A stretch of DNA of 64,000 nucleotides from Polyangiales bacterium (GCA_046351535.1 JAXLYG010000005.1:293334-357333); one strand, 5' to 3'; numbered from the stretch's first letter, positions 8,569-18,833 are shown. Notes: generated from the letters alone by a model not told the origin. Program-made: numbers and translations.

Positions 8569-10917
8569 TCACATCGCGGCGGCGAGCGGTTCGATGGCGC
8601 GGGCGCGGGCGCACACCACGACGAGGCGGTCGGCGCTCTCCCGCACGCGCTCCGCGGTGTCGCGGCGGAGGAGGCACAGCTCGAGCTCTCCCGCGGCGAC
8701 GGTGATGGGGGCGAAGCCGTAGCCCCCGGCGGCGCCCTTGAGCTGGTGGGCGAGGCGCTTGAGGTCGTCGTAGCGCCCCTCGGCCATCGCGACGCGCAGC
8801 GACGACGCGCGCTCGGGGAGGCTCGCGACGAAGGTGTTCACGATGTCGACCATGTCGGGGTCGTCGGCGAACTCCGAGTCGATGGGCTCGTCTTGCAGGT
8901 TCGCGGGGCGCATCGAGGGCGGCGCCGGGGCGGGCGACGGCGCGGGGAGGATGGAGATCGGGTGCGACACGGGCGCGGGCTCCGTCGATGGGCGCAGCAC
9001 CACGGGGCCGTTGCTCTGGCGCTTCGTGGCCCAGCGACGGATGGTCTCGATGAGCCGGATCTTGTGGATGGGCTTGGTGAGGTAGTCGTCGCAGCCCGCG
9101 GCGGTGCAGCGCTCGCGGTCGCCGGCCATCGCGTGGGCGGTGAGCGCGACGATGGGGCCCTCGTAGCCGCGCGCGCGGAGCTTCGCGGCGGCGCCGTAGC
9201 CGTCGAGCTCGGGCATCTGCATGTCCATGAGCACCACGTCGAAGGGGGCGCCCGACACGGCCGCGGCGAGGGCGCGCTCGACGGCGACGCGCCCGTTCTC
9301 GGCGATGACCACCGAGGCGCCCGCGCGGCGGAGCATGGTCGAGATGAGGAGCTGGTTGTCGATGCCGTCTTCGGCCAGGAGGATCGCGCAGCGCAGGGGC
9401 TCGTTGCTCGCCTCCTCGCGCACGCTGAGGGAGCCGCCCTCTGGGATGGCCGCTTCGAAGAGCCCGTCGAACATCTTCACGCCGTCGAGGCGGCCGGTCT
9501 CGACGGAGAGGATGAACGAGCTGCCGCGGCCCGCGAGGCTCTCGACCTCGATGTCGCCACCGAGCATGTGGGCGAGGCGGCGGCAGATCACGAGGCCGAG
9601 GCCCGTGCCGCCGTACTTGCGCGTGGTGCTGTTGTCGGCCTGCTCGAAGGGCTTGAAGAGCCGGAGCTGCTGGTCGCGGGTGAGGCCCACGCCGGTGTCG
9701 GCCACTTCGAACACGAGGCGCGGCCACGGGCCCTCGGGGTCTTCGCAGCGGGCGAGGATGCGCACGCTGCCGCGGTGCGTGAACTTGATGGCGTTGCCCA
9801 CGAGGTTGAGCAGCACCTGACGGAGCCGCGTGGGGTCGCTCAAGATGGTCTCGGGCACGGGCGTGACGAACTCGACTTCGAAGTCGAGGGACTTGTCCTT
9901 GGCGCGGGCGCGCATGAGCGAGCACACGTCGGCGATGACCTGGCAGGGCGAGCAGGGGACGCGCTCGACGACCATCTTGCCGGCCTCGATCTTCGAGAGG
10001 TCGAGGATCTCGTTGATGAGCGAGAGGAGGTGCTCGCTGTTGCGACGGATCGTCTGGACGTGCTCGATGCGCTCGCTCGCGGTGATGCCCGGGTCGAGGA
10101 GGAGGTCGGCGTACCCGATGACCGCGGTCATGGGCGTGCGGATCTCGTGCGACATGTTGGCGAGGAAGTCGCTCTTGGCGCGGCTGGCCTCGTTGGCGAT
10201 GGCGAGGAGGTCGGCCTCGCGCTCGCGGGCCTCTTCGAGGCGGGCCTGGCGCTCGCGGTCGTCTTCGGCGCGGGCCTGGCGGAGCGAGACGAGGCGCATC
10301 TCGGCGTCGGCGCGGGCGCACGAGGTCATGAGAAAGAGGTCGGTGAAGAGCAGCCAGCCCGCGTGCTCGAGGGAGCGGGCGAGGGTCGGGGCGGCCACGC
10401 CGTAGACGCTCATGGGGGCGAAGAGTCCGCGGCCGAGGTGGTCGAGCGCGGTGACGATCGAGGCCGTGAGCAGCACGCGCCAGTCGCGGTAGAACGCGAG
10501 GAAGGCCAGCGAGCCGAAGACGTGAAAGTGCGTCTCGATGCGGCCGCCGCTGAGGTGGATGAGCAGCCCCGAGTAGCCGAGCTGTCCGGCGGCGATCATG
10601 TGGCGGGTGATGGGCGCGCCGGGGCGGAGCAGGGCCATCGCGATGGGGGGCGCGGCGAGGAGCGTCCCGACGAGCAGGGCGCCGAGGACGTGGGGGTGGG
10701 CCCCCGGCCAGACGTGGGGAGAGAGCGTGAGGGCGAGCGCGATCGAGGCGGCCCACTCGAGGGCGAGGAGCGCCGCGAACGTGCGGTCGGTGCCCTTCAC
10801 CACGGCCGACGCGTCGGCCTCGTAGAGCTCCCTCGCGCGGGCCTGGAGCGCCGGGTCATCGGGCGCCGTACAGACCGTCGATTCCTGAGATGCCGTGGTG
10901 GGCTCCGCTCGCTGCAT
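8569..10917 (-). CDS. Hybrid sensor histidine kinase (membrane sensor, HisKA, HATPase_c, REC and a C-terminal HPt-like domain)
   Basis: Hydrophobic N-terminal segments. H-box MSHEIRTPM. The G boxes GTGLGL. A receiver domain (VLMDMQMPELDGY). C-terminal LKGAAGGYGF is HPt-like. Confidence 0.85.
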   Translation of the reverse strand: MQRAEPTTASQESTVCTAPDDPALQARARELYEADASAVVKGTDRTFAALLALEWAASIALALTLSPHVWPGAHPHVLGALLVGTLLAAPPIAMALLRPGAPITRHMIAAGQLGYSGLLIHLSGGRIETHFHVFGSLAFLAFYRDWRVLLTASIVTALDHLGRGLFAPMSVYGVAAPTLARSLEHAGWLLFTDLFLMTSCARADAEMRLVSLRQARAEDDRERQARLEEAREREADLLAIANEASRAKSDFLANMSHEIRTPMTAVIGYADLLLDPGITASERIEHVQTIRRNSEHLLSLINEILDLSKIEAGKMVVERVPCSPCQVIADVCSLMRARAKDKSLDFEVEFVTPVPETILSDPTRLRQVLLNLVGNAIKFTHRGSVRILARCEDPEGPWPRLVFEVADTGVGLTRDQQLRLFKPFEQADNSTTRKYGGTGLGLVICRRLAHMLGGDIEVESLAGRGSSFILSVETGRLDGVKMFDGLFEAAIPEGGSLSVREEASNEPLRCAILLAEDGIDNQLLISTMLRRAGASVVIAENGRVAVERALAAAVSGAPFDVVLMDMQMPELDGYGAAAKLRARGYEGPIVALTAHAMAGDRERCTAAGCDDYLTKPIHKIRLIETIRRWATKRQSNGPVVLRPSTEPAPVSHPISILPAPSPAPAPPSMRPANLQDEPIDSEFADDPDMVDIVNTFVASLPERASSLRVAMAEGRYDDLKRLAHQLKGAAGGYGFAPITVAAGELELCLLRRDTAERVRESADRLVVVCARARAIEPLAAAM

Positions 10918-11087
10918 GACGCTCCGGCGAGGTCGCGAGGCGCTCGGATCACCCGTTGAAGGGATGCAGAGCCTCTGATCTCACCCGGTCTAACGGTCGA
11001 GCTACGGCCGAGCTTGAGCGAAGAAATAGGGGTGACGAAGTTTTTCTGTCTGGTTTACCCGAATCCCGGTCTTCGCTGAACGAGTGA

Positions 11088-11696
11088 TCAGAAGTCGCCG
11101 AAGAGGTCTTGGATGCGGGCGTCGAGGGCGACGGCGATCTTGTAGAGCGACGAGATGCTGGCCGACGACTCGGCGCGCTCGATCTGCGAGAGGAGCGAGA
11201 CCGAGAGGCCCGTGCGCTTGGCCATCTGCTTGAGGGTGAGCGAGCGCTCCTTGCGGAGGTTTCGGATGGTCTCGCCGATGACCCGGTGGAGCTGCTCCTC
11301 GGGGGTGCGCGAGAGGCCCTTCTTCTTGAGCACGCGCTCGACGACGGTGCGGAGGTCTTCGACGGTGAAGGGCTTTCGCAGGTAGTCGAGGGCGTCGAGC
11401 TTCATGGCCTGCACGGCCGTGTCGAGCGAGGGGTAGCCCGTGACCATGACCACGGCGAGGTCCTTGTCGACCTTGCGGATCTTGCGGAGGGTCTCAACCC
11501 CGTCCTGGCCGGGCATCATGATGTCGAGCAGGCAGAGGTGGAACTTGCCCGCCCGCACCTCGGCGTCGGCCTTCGTCGGGTCATCGAGGGTGGTGACCTC
11601 GTAGCCGTCCTTTCGGAGCACGGTCTCGAGGAGGTCTCGGATGGCCGCGTCGTCGTCGACGACCAGCACGCGAATGGACTGAACAGCGCTGGACAT
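11088..11696 (-). CDS. Response regulator with receiver and XRE-type HTH domains
   Basis: MSSAVQSIRVLVVDDD...LDIMMPGQDG...KPF (REC), then LTLKQMAKRTGLSVSLLSQIER (HTH). The start was located by counting back from the stop. ATG at 11696 lies within a long artefact ORF. Confidence 0.8.
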   Translation of the reverse strand: MSSAVQSIRVLVVDDDAAIRDLLETVLRKDGYEVTTLDDPTKADAEVRAGKFHLCLLDIMMPGQDGVETLRKIRKVDKDLAVVMVTGYPSLDTAVQAMKLDALDYLRKPFTVEDLRTVVERVLKKKGLSRTPEEQLHRVIGETIRNLRKERSLTLKQMAKRTGLSVSLLSQIERAESSASISSLYKIAVALDARIQDLFGDF

Positions 11697-11879
11697 GGCG
11701 TCCGCGACTCTAACGGACTTCGCGCCGGGGTTGGAAATACCGCGCAGAAGTGCGCGCCCCCGGGCGCCGCGGCCGCCGAGGGACCCCATCGACGCAACCG
11801 GGCGTTCCGCGACTGTGGGGCTTCCGCCCCCGGCCTCGCAGACCGACACTGTGCCCGCAGAAGGGATACGCACCCCACG

Positions 11880-12578
11880 ATGTTGCAGATCCGACTCGCC
11901 TCCGACCGCGGCAGCGCCGACCACGGCTGGCTCGACACGCGCCACACGTTCTCCTTCGCGGACTACTACGACCCGAAGCACATGGGCTTCCGTGCGCTGC
12001 GGGTCATCAATGATGATCGCGTCGCGCCGGGCCGCGGCTTCGGCACGCACCCGCACCGCGACATGGAGATCATCTCGTACGTGCTCTCGGGGGCGCTCGC
12101 GCACCGCGACTCCATGGGCAACGGGTCGGAGATCCGCCCCGGCGACGTGCAGCGCATGACCGCGGGGACGGGCGTCACCCACAGCGAGTTCAACGCCTCG
12201 CGCGACGCGCTCGTGCGCTTCCTTCAGATCTGGATCGTTCCGGAGAAGAAGAACCTCGAGCCGGGCTACGAGCAGGCCCACTTCTCCGACGCCGAGCGCC
12301 GCGCGCGGCTGCGCCTCGTGGCCTCGCGCGACGGCCGCGACGGGTCCGTCACCGTGCACCAGGACGTGTCGCTCTACGCGGGGCTCTTCGAAGCCGGGGA
12401 GCGCGCGCGCCACGAGCTCGCCCTCGGTCGCCACGCGTGGGTCCAGATCGCCCGCGGCCGCGCCCGCATCAACGGCAGGGAGCTCTCCGAGGGAGACGGC
12501 GCCGCGCTCACCGACGAGGCCGGCGTCGACATCGAAGGCATCGAGGGCGCCGAGGTGCTCGTCTTCGACCTCGGGTGA
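11880..12578 (+). CDS. Pirin family protein (bicupin)
   Basis: GFGTHPHRDMEIISYVL and the second cupin half are typical of pirin/YhhW. Confidence 0.8.
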   Translation: MLQIRLASDRGSADHGWLDTRHTFSFADYYDPKHMGFRALRVINDDRVAPGRGFGTHPHRDMEIISYVLSGALAHRDSMGNGSEIRPGDVQRMTAGTGVTHSEFNASRDALVRFLQIWIVPEKKNLEPGYEQAHFSDAERRARLRLVASRDGRDGSVTVHQDVSLYAGLFEAGERARHELALGRHAWVQIARGRARINGRELSEGDGAALTDEAGVDIEGIEGAEVLVFDLG

Positions 12579-12617
12579 TCTGTCACCTCGCGCGGCTCCC
12601 TCTTGCGACCGCGCGCG

Positions 12618-13664
12618 ATGTACCCGCACACTCTGCTGGTGAAGCGCTACGCATGGATCCTCGCGCTGGCCCTTCTCGGGGGGTGCGCCGAGGGCAACGA
12701 GGTCATCGGCAGCTCCGACGCCGCGGATGACCTCGTCACCGACGACACCGTCACCACCGACGACGCCCCCGAAGTCGCGCCCCCCGACGCCGCAGACGAG
12801 AGCCCCATCGACGCGGTGATTCCCGACGCGGTGAGCGACACGGCGATGGACCTCGCGCCCGACGTCGCGCCCGATGTGACCGTCGATGTGACCGTCGACG
12901 CGGTCGAAGACACGGGCCTCGTGTGTGACGCGGGTCGCTCGGTGTGCAGCGGGCGCTGCGTGCTCGTCGCGAGCGATCCGGCCAACTGCGGACGCTGCGG
13001 AAACGCCTGTCCCGCAGGGCTCGCGTGCGTGGGCGGCGCCTGCGCGTGCCCGTCGCCCCTCACGCTCTGCGACGGCGCGTGCGTCGACACCCGCGTCGCG
13101 CCGACCCACTGCGGACGCTGCGGCAACGCGTGCCCCGTGGGCGCCGCGTGCTCGGCGGGCGCGTGCACGTGCGCCGTCGGATCGCTCTGCGGCTCCACCT
13201 GCATCGACACGCGCAGCAGCAACACCAACTGCGGCGCGTGCGGCAACGCGTGCCCCGCGGGCGAGGCCTGCTCCGCGGGCGCGTGCGTGTGCGGCGCCAC
13301 GCAGATGCGCTGCAGCGGCGTCTGCGTCGACACGCGCACGAGCGCCACCAACTGCGGCGCGTGCGGGCGGGCCTGCACCGCGGGCCAGAGCTGCATCTCG
13401 GGCGCGTGCGCGTGTGCGTCGGGGTCCACCATCTGCTCGGGCGCGTGCGTGAACACCTTCGCCGATCGAATGAACTGCGGCGGCTGCGATCGGTATTGCG
13501 GTGGGGACTGTGTGGGCGGCACCTGCCTCCCCGCGTGCAACCCCGGTCAGACGCGTTGCGGGAGCGTGTGCGACAACCTCTCAACCAGCGTCTACAACTG
13601 CGGTCGCTGCGGGAACATGTGCGGCGGGACGCGGCTCTGCGTCGGCGGTACGTGTACGCCGTAA
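12618..13664 (+). CDS. Secreted lipoprotein built of about 7 Cys-rich tandem repeats (myxobacterial Cys-rich repeat type)
   Basis: Signal plus lipobox (LALLGGCAEG). Repeats of C-x-G-x-C...CVDTR...NCG(A/R)CGNACP.G.AC every about 40 aa. Confidence 0.65.
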   Translation: MYPHTLLVKRYAWILALALLGGCAEGNEVIGSSDAADDLVTDDTVTTDDAPEVAPPDAADESPIDAVIPDAVSDTAMDLAPDVAPDVTVDVTVDAVEDTGLVCDAGRSVCSGRCVLVASDPANCGRCGNACPAGLACVGGACACPSPLTLCDGACVDTRVAPTHCGRCGNACPVGAACSAGACTCAVGSLCGSTCIDTRSSNTNCGACGNACPAGEACSAGACVCGATQMRCSGVCVDTRTSATNCGACGRACTAGQSCISGACACASGSTICSGACVNTFADRMNCGGCDRYCGGDCVGGTCLPACNPGQTRCGSVCDNLSTSVYNCGRCGNMCGGTRLCVGGTCTP

Positions 13665-13708
13665 CGGCTTGAAAATAGCCCTCTCGCGCACCACAACCCT
13701 CACACCCC

Positions 13709-14494
13709 ATGTGCACCATCGTCGCGATGCGGAACGTCCACCGGGAGTTTCCGCTGGTGATCGCCGCGAACCGCGACGAGTTCTATCGACGCCCCGCGCT
13801 CGCGCCGCACACGCTCTCCGAGAGCCCGCGCATCATCGCCGGGCAGGACCGCGACCGCGGCGGAACCTGGATGGGCGTGAGCCACGGAGGCTTCTTCGTC
13901 GGCGTCACCAACCAGCGCACGTGGAAGGCCGCCAACAGCGCCCTCCGATCGCGCGGCGAGGTCGTGCTCGCGTGCCTCGCAGACGGATCGCTCGAAGCCG
14001 TCACCGAGCGCCTCTCGCGCCTCGACGCGCGGGCCTACAACCCCTTCAACCTCATGTTCGGCGACGTCACCGCGATGCGCGTGGCCTACGTGCGTCACGA
14101 CGCTCCCCACGTGCGCTTCGAAGACCTCGGCGACGGGGTGCGCGCGCTCGCCAACGATCACCTCGGGTCACCGCACTTCCCCAAGACCGAGCGGGTCGAG
14201 TCGAGGCTCCGCGACCCCGCCCTCGCGACGCTCTCGTGGGACGATCTCCAGCCGCACCTCGCGGCCGCGCTCGGAGACCACAAGCTCCCTGACAAAGACC
14301 TCCTCGAAGACCCGCCCGCGGGGGCGCTCTTCCCGAAGTTCCTCGCGCGACGGCTCCAGGCGCTGTGCGTTCACACCCCCGCGTACGGGACCGTCTCGTC
14401 GACCCTCATGGCCTTCACCGCGCAGGGCGTGGCCCGCTACCTCTACGCCGACGGTCACCCCTGCGAGAGCCCGTTCTCGCCCGTGGTTTTGTGA
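13709..14494 (+). CDS. NRDE family protein (DUF833, TANGO2-like)
   Basis: N-terminal MCTIV..., an IAANRDEF motif and GTWMG. Confidence 0.75.
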   Translation: MCTIVAMRNVHREFPLVIAANRDEFYRRPALAPHTLSESPRIIAGQDRDRGGTWMGVSHGGFFVGVTNQRTWKAANSALRSRGEVVLACLADGSLEAVTERLSRLDARAYNPFNLMFGDVTAMRVAYVRHDAPHVRFEDLGDGVRALANDHLGSPHFPKTERVESRLRDPALATLSWDDLQPHLAAALGDHKLPDKDLLEDPPAGALFPKFLARRLQALCVHTPAYGTVSSTLMAFTAQGVARYLYADGHPCESPFSPVVL

Positions 14495-14551
14495 GCTGAC
14501 CGCGCGACGCGTTGATGACATTCGGCCGCGCTTCTGGCACGCAAACGGGCC

Positions 14552-16480
14552 ATGAGTGACGGCGTCGAGACCCCGCAGACCGAAGACCCCGAGCAGAAGT
14601 GGCTCCGTGAGGTGTACCAGGGCGACGACGCCCGGCAGCTCACCATCCGGGCCGCCGTGCTCGGGATGTTCCTCGGCGGCGTGATGTCGTTCTCGAACCT
14701 CGTCATCGCCCTGAAGACGGGGTGGAGCTTCGGCGTCACCATCACCGCGGGCATCCTCGCGTTCGTCATCTCGAAGGGCCTCCACCGCATCGGGATCTTC
14801 AAGGCCCCCTTCGGGATGCTCGAGAACAACGCGATGCAGTCCGTGGCCTCGGCCGCGGGCTACATGACCGGCGGCGGCACCGCGGCGGCCATCCCCGCGC
14901 TGATGATGGTCAACCACGCGTCGATCCCGGGGCACGTGATGTTCCTCTGGATCACCACCATCGCGATGCTCGGCGTGTTCATGGCCATCCCCATGAAGCG
15001 CCAGATGATCAATCAGGAGGGGCTGAAGTTCCCCTCGGGCATCGCGGCGGCGGAGACTCTCAGAGGCTTGTATCCCGCCGAGGCCGCGGCCCTCGACGCG
15101 CGCAAGCACCAGCACATCAAGGTCGGCGAGGGCGTCCACCGCGAGGCCACCGTCAGCGTGCAGGAGTCGACCGAGGCCGCCGCCGCGGGCCGCTGGCTCA
15201 TCAACGCGATGGGCGTCGGCGCGCTCTGGACGTGGCTCCGCGAGGCGAAGGCGCCGTGGCGCTTCTGGTTCAGCCTCCCCGAATCGCTGGAGTTCCCGGG
15301 GCTCAAGATCCACGGTGTCCTCGCGAAGAAGTGGTCGGTCTACTTCGACACGAGCCTCCTGCTCATGGCCGCGGGCGCCATCATGGGCTGGCGCTCGGCG
15401 TGGACGATGATGATCGGCGCGACGGCGAACTACTTTCTCCTCGCGCCCTACGGCCACTCGCTCGGGGCCTTCACCGAGATCAAGTACAAGAACATCGTCG
15501 CGTGGACCGTGTGGCTCGGCTCGCCGATGCTCCTCACGTCGGGCCTCCTCGCGTTCGCGTTCTCGTGGCGCCAGGTGGCGCGCGCCTTCAGCGACCTCGG
15601 GCGACTCTTCGGCAAGAAGACCGACTCGAGCGACCCGATGACCCGCGTCGAGGTGCCGATGGCGTGGTTCCTCGGCGGCGTCGTGGCGCTCACGCCCTTC
15701 GTCGCCCTCTTCGGCTTTCTCTTCTTCGGCATCGCGTGGTGGATGAGCCTCCTCTGCGTCGCGCTGAGCTTCTTCATCGCCATCGTCGCGAGCCGCGCCA
15801 CGGGCGAGACCGACATCACCCCCACGGGCGCCCTCGCCAAGATCACGCAGATCGTCTCGGGCGTGCTCGCGCCGGGCTCGGTCACCACCAACCTCATGAC
15901 CGCGTCGATGGGCTCGGGCGTCGCCATCCACGCGGCCGACCTGCTCACCGACCTCAAGTCGGGATACCTCCTCGGGGCGAAGCCGCGGCAGCAGTTCCTC
16001 GCGCAGTTCTTCGGGGTGATGGCGGGCTCGGTCTGCGTCGTGTGGGCCTTTCAGCAGATGGTCCCCGACTGGACCGTGCTCGGCACCGACCGCATCCCCG
16101 CGCCCGGCGCCATCTCGTGGAAGGCCGTCTCCGAGGTGCTCTCGCAGGGCATCGGTCGGCTCCCCGAGAGCGCGCGCGTGCTGGCCGTGATCGGCGCCAT
16201 CGCGGGCGTGGTGCTCGTGCTCGTGGAGCGCGCGCTGCCCCCCAAGGCCAAGAAGTACATGCCCTCGGCCACGGGGCTCGGGCTCGCGTTCACGCTGCCC
16301 TTCTCGAACGCGCTCTCGATGTTCCTCGGCGCCCTCATCGCCCTCCTCATCGAGAAGAAATACTCGAAGGATCAGGCCGAGCGCTGGCTCATCCCGATCA
16401 GCTCCGGGATCATCGCGGGCGAGAGCCTCATGGAGATCGTGGTGCGTGTGCTCGTGAACTTCCACGTGCTGGCGGAGTGA
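14552..16480 (+). CDS. OPT-family oligopeptide transporter
   Basis: 642 aa with many TM helices. The N-terminal region ...QLTIRAAVLGMFLGGVMSFSNLVIALKTGWSFGVTITAGILAF is typical of the bacterial OPT family. Confidence 0.75.
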   Translation: MSDGVETPQTEDPEQKWLREVYQGDDARQLTIRAAVLGMFLGGVMSFSNLVIALKTGWSFGVTITAGILAFVISKGLHRIGIFKAPFGMLENNAMQSVASAAGYMTGGGTAAAIPALMMVNHASIPGHVMFLWITTIAMLGVFMAIPMKRQMINQEGLKFPSGIAAAETLRGLYPAEAAALDARKHQHIKVGEGVHREATVSVQESTEAAAAGRWLINAMGVGALWTWLREAKAPWRFWFSLPESLEFPGLKIHGVLAKKWSVYFDTSLLLMAAGAIMGWRSAWTMMIGATANYFLLAPYGHSLGAFTEIKYKNIVAWTVWLGSPMLLTSGLLAFAFSWRQVARAFSDLGRLFGKKTDSSDPMTRVEVPMAWFLGGVVALTPFVALFGFLFFGIAWWMSLLCVALSFFIAIVASRATGETDITPTGALAKITQIVSGVLAPGSVTTNLMTASMGSGVAIHAADLLTDLKSGYLLGAKPRQQFLAQFFGVMAGSVCVVWAFQQMVPDWTVLGTDRIPAPGAISWKAVSEVLSQGIGRLPESARVLAVIGAIAGVVLVLVERALPPKAKKYMPSATGLGLAFTLPFSNALSMFLGALIALLIEKKYSKDQAERWLIPISSGIIAGESLMEIVVRVLVNFHVLAE

Positions 16481-16484
16481 CGCG

Positions 16485-17831
16485 ATGGGCGACGAGCGAC
16501 CGCTGCCTCGGGCGAGCGAGGTGCCCTTCTTCGGCTCGTCGCTCCACTACGTGCGCGACCCGCTGGGCTTTCTGGAGCGCACCGCGCGCAAGGGCGACCT
16601 CGTGGCGATGCGCTTCATGCAGCACCGCGCGTGGCTCGCGAGCGACCCCGACGACATCGAGCAGGTGCTCGTCAAGAACGCCTCGAAGTTCCAGAAAGAC
16701 GTCTTTCTCCGCGACCTGAAGCGCCTCCTCGGCGAAGGCCTCCTCACGGCCGAGGGCGCGAAATGGAAGCGCCAGCGGAGGCTCATCCAGCCCGCGTTTC
16801 ACCGCGAGAAGATCGCGGGCTACGGCCGCACGATGGTCGAGCACACGGCGCGCATGCTCGACGGGTGGCGCGACGGCACCACCCTCGACATGCACCACGC
16901 GATGATGCTCCTCACGGCCGACATCGTGACGGGCGCCCTCTTCGGCACCGACGTGGGCGACGACGCGCGCGCCGTGGCCGACTGCATCGACGTGCTCATG
17001 GAGCGCTTCTCGGACCCGCTGTTCCTCCTCTTTCCGGGCCTCGACAAGCTGCCGCTGCCGGTGAACAAGCGCTTCGAAGCCGTGGCCGTGAAGCTCGACG
17101 CGATCGTGCGGGGCTTCATCGCGAAGCGCAGGGCCTCGGGCGAGCCCGTCGCGGGCGACGACCTCCTCGCGATGCTCCTCAACGCGCGCGACGAGGACGG
17201 CTCGCGCATGGACGACCAGACCGTGCGCGACGAGGTGCTGGTGCTCTTTCTCGCGGGCCACGAGACCACCGCGCTCAACCTCTCGTGGACTTTCGACCTC
17301 CTCTCGCAGAACCCCGACGCGGAGGCGAAGCTCCACGCCGAGCTCGACGCCGTGCTCGGAGGCCGCGCGCCCACGCTCGAAGACATCCCGAAGCTGGTCT
17401 ACACCGAGCGCGTCGTGAAGGAGTCTCTGCGTCTGAGGCCCCCCGCGTGGGCCCTCGGGCGCGAGGCCCTCGAGCCCTTCGAACTCCGCGGGCGGCGCTT
17501 CGAAGTCGGGTCGTGGATGTGGATGATCCCGTGGGTCGTCCACCGCGATCCGCGCTGGTACCCCGAGCCCGAGAGGTTCTCGCCCGAGCGCTGGGAAGAC
17601 GGCCTCGCGAAGCGGCTCCCGAAGTTCGCGTACCTCCCCTTCGGCGGCGGCCCCCGCATCTGCATCGGGAACCAGTTCGCCATGATGGAGGCCGTGCTGC
17701 TCCTCTCGTCGATCGCGCAGCGCTTCTCGCTTCGCAGGGCGCCCGGCCACAAGGTCGTGCCCGTCCCGTCGGTGACGCTGCGCTTCAAGCACGGCCTCCG
17801 CATGACGCTCACCGCGCGACGGAGGGGCTGA
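16485..17831 (+). CDS. Cytochrome P450
   Basis: Heme-binding loop FGGGPRICIGNQFA. The ETT motif (AGHETT). EXXR (ESLRLRPP). The stop overlaps the next start (CTGACGATG). Confidence 0.9.
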   Translation: MGDERPLPRASEVPFFGSSLHYVRDPLGFLERTARKGDLVAMRFMQHRAWLASDPDDIEQVLVKNASKFQKDVFLRDLKRLLGEGLLTAEGAKWKRQRRLIQPAFHREKIAGYGRTMVEHTARMLDGWRDGTTLDMHHAMMLLTADIVTGALFGTDVGDDARAVADCIDVLMERFSDPLFLLFPGLDKLPLPVNKRFEAVAVKLDAIVRGFIAKRRASGEPVAGDDLLAMLLNARDEDGSRMDDQTVRDEVLVLFLAGHETTALNLSWTFDLLSQNPDAEAKLHAELDAVLGGRAPTLEDIPKLVYTERVVKESLRLRPPAWALGREALEPFELRGRRFEVGSWMWMIPWVVHRDPRWYPEPERFSPERWEDGLAKRLPKFAYLPFGGGPRICIGNQFAMMEAVLLLSSIAQRFSLRRAPGHKVVPVPSVTLRFKHGLRMTLTARRRG

Positions 17832-17833
17832 CG

Positions 17834-18799
17834 ATGTCGCGCATCGAGCACCTCCGCCGACGCGCGGGCGCCGCGATCGCCGACGGCTTCTTCCGCGGAA
17901 TCTCTCGCGCGGGGAGGCTCCACCCCCTCGCGCGCCCCGAGGCGCACCGCGTCGAGGTGCTCGCCGACATCGCGTACGACCCGACGCACCCGACGCGACG
18001 GCTCGACGTGTGGCGCCCCGTCGACAGGCCCGTTGATGCGCTGCTCCCCGTGGTGCTCTACGTCCACGGCGGAGGGTTTCGAATCCTCTCGAAGGACACG
18101 CACTGGGTCATGGCGCTCGCCTTCGCGCGCCGCGGCTACGTGGTCTTCAACATCGACTACAGGCTCGCGCCGGAGCACCCCTTTCCCGCGGCGATCGAGG
18201 ACGCGTGCGAGGCCTACGCGTGGGTCTGCTCGCACGCGGCGCTCTACGGCGGAGACTGCCGTCACATGGTGCTCGCGGGCGAGTCCGCGGGCGCGAACCT
18301 CGTGGCCTCGCTCGCGGCCGCGGCGTGCTTCGAACGCGACGAGCCCTACGCGCGCAAGGTGTTCGAGACGGGGGTGATCCCGAGGGCGGTGCTCCCTGCG
18401 TGCGGGCTGCACCAGGTGACCGACCCGGGGCGGTTTCGACGGCGCAAGCCGCACCTCTCGCGCTTCGTGATCGACCGCATCGAGGAGGTCTCGCACGGCT
18501 ACCTCGGCGACCGCGCGCACGGTGAGACCGAAGGCCTCGCCGACCCGCTGTGCATCTTCGAGAGCGGGCATCCCCTCGCGCGCCCGCTGCCGCCCTTCTT
18601 TCTCACCTGCGGGACGGCCGATCCGATCCTCGACGACACGCGGCGGCTGCACGCGGCCCTCGTCGCGCGGGGCGGAGTCTCGGAGGCGCGGTACTACCCG
18701 GGCGAGCCCCACGCCTTTCACGCGCTGGTGTTCCGCGAGAGCGCGCGGCGCTGCTGGCGCGACACGTTCGACTTCCTCGACCGCTACGCCGCTCGGTGA
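17834..18799 (+). CDS. Alpha/beta hydrolase (HSL-family esterase/lipase)
   Basis: Oxyanion-hole HGGGF, nucleophile elbow GESAGAN and a C-terminal conserved His (EPHAFH). Confidence 0.8.
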   Translation: MSRIEHLRRRAGAAIADGFFRGISRAGRLHPLARPEAHRVEVLADIAYDPTHPTRRLDVWRPVDRPVDALLPVVLYVHGGGFRILSKDTHWVMALAFARRGYVVFNIDYRLAPEHPFPAAIEDACEAYAWVCSHAALYGGDCRHMVLAGESAGANLVASLAAAACFERDEPYARKVFETGVIPRAVLPACGLHQVTDPGRFRRRKPHLSRFVIDRIEEVSHGYLGDRAHGETEGLADPLCIFESGHPLARPLPPFFLTCGTADPILDDTRRLHAALVARGGVSEARYYPGEPHAFHALVFRESARRCWRDTFDFLDRYAAR

Positions 18800-18833
18800 T
18801 TCCTGCGCGGCGTGCTACACAACGGACCCCGTC

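Noticed and set aside
12925-13672. Alternative-frame ORFs over the Cys-rich lipoprotein gene (12925..13452, 12944..13672, 12647..13540 minus)
   Set aside because: The frame starting at 12618 gives the regular Cys-repeat protein with a lipoprotein signal. The others are Arg/Ala-rich artefacts.
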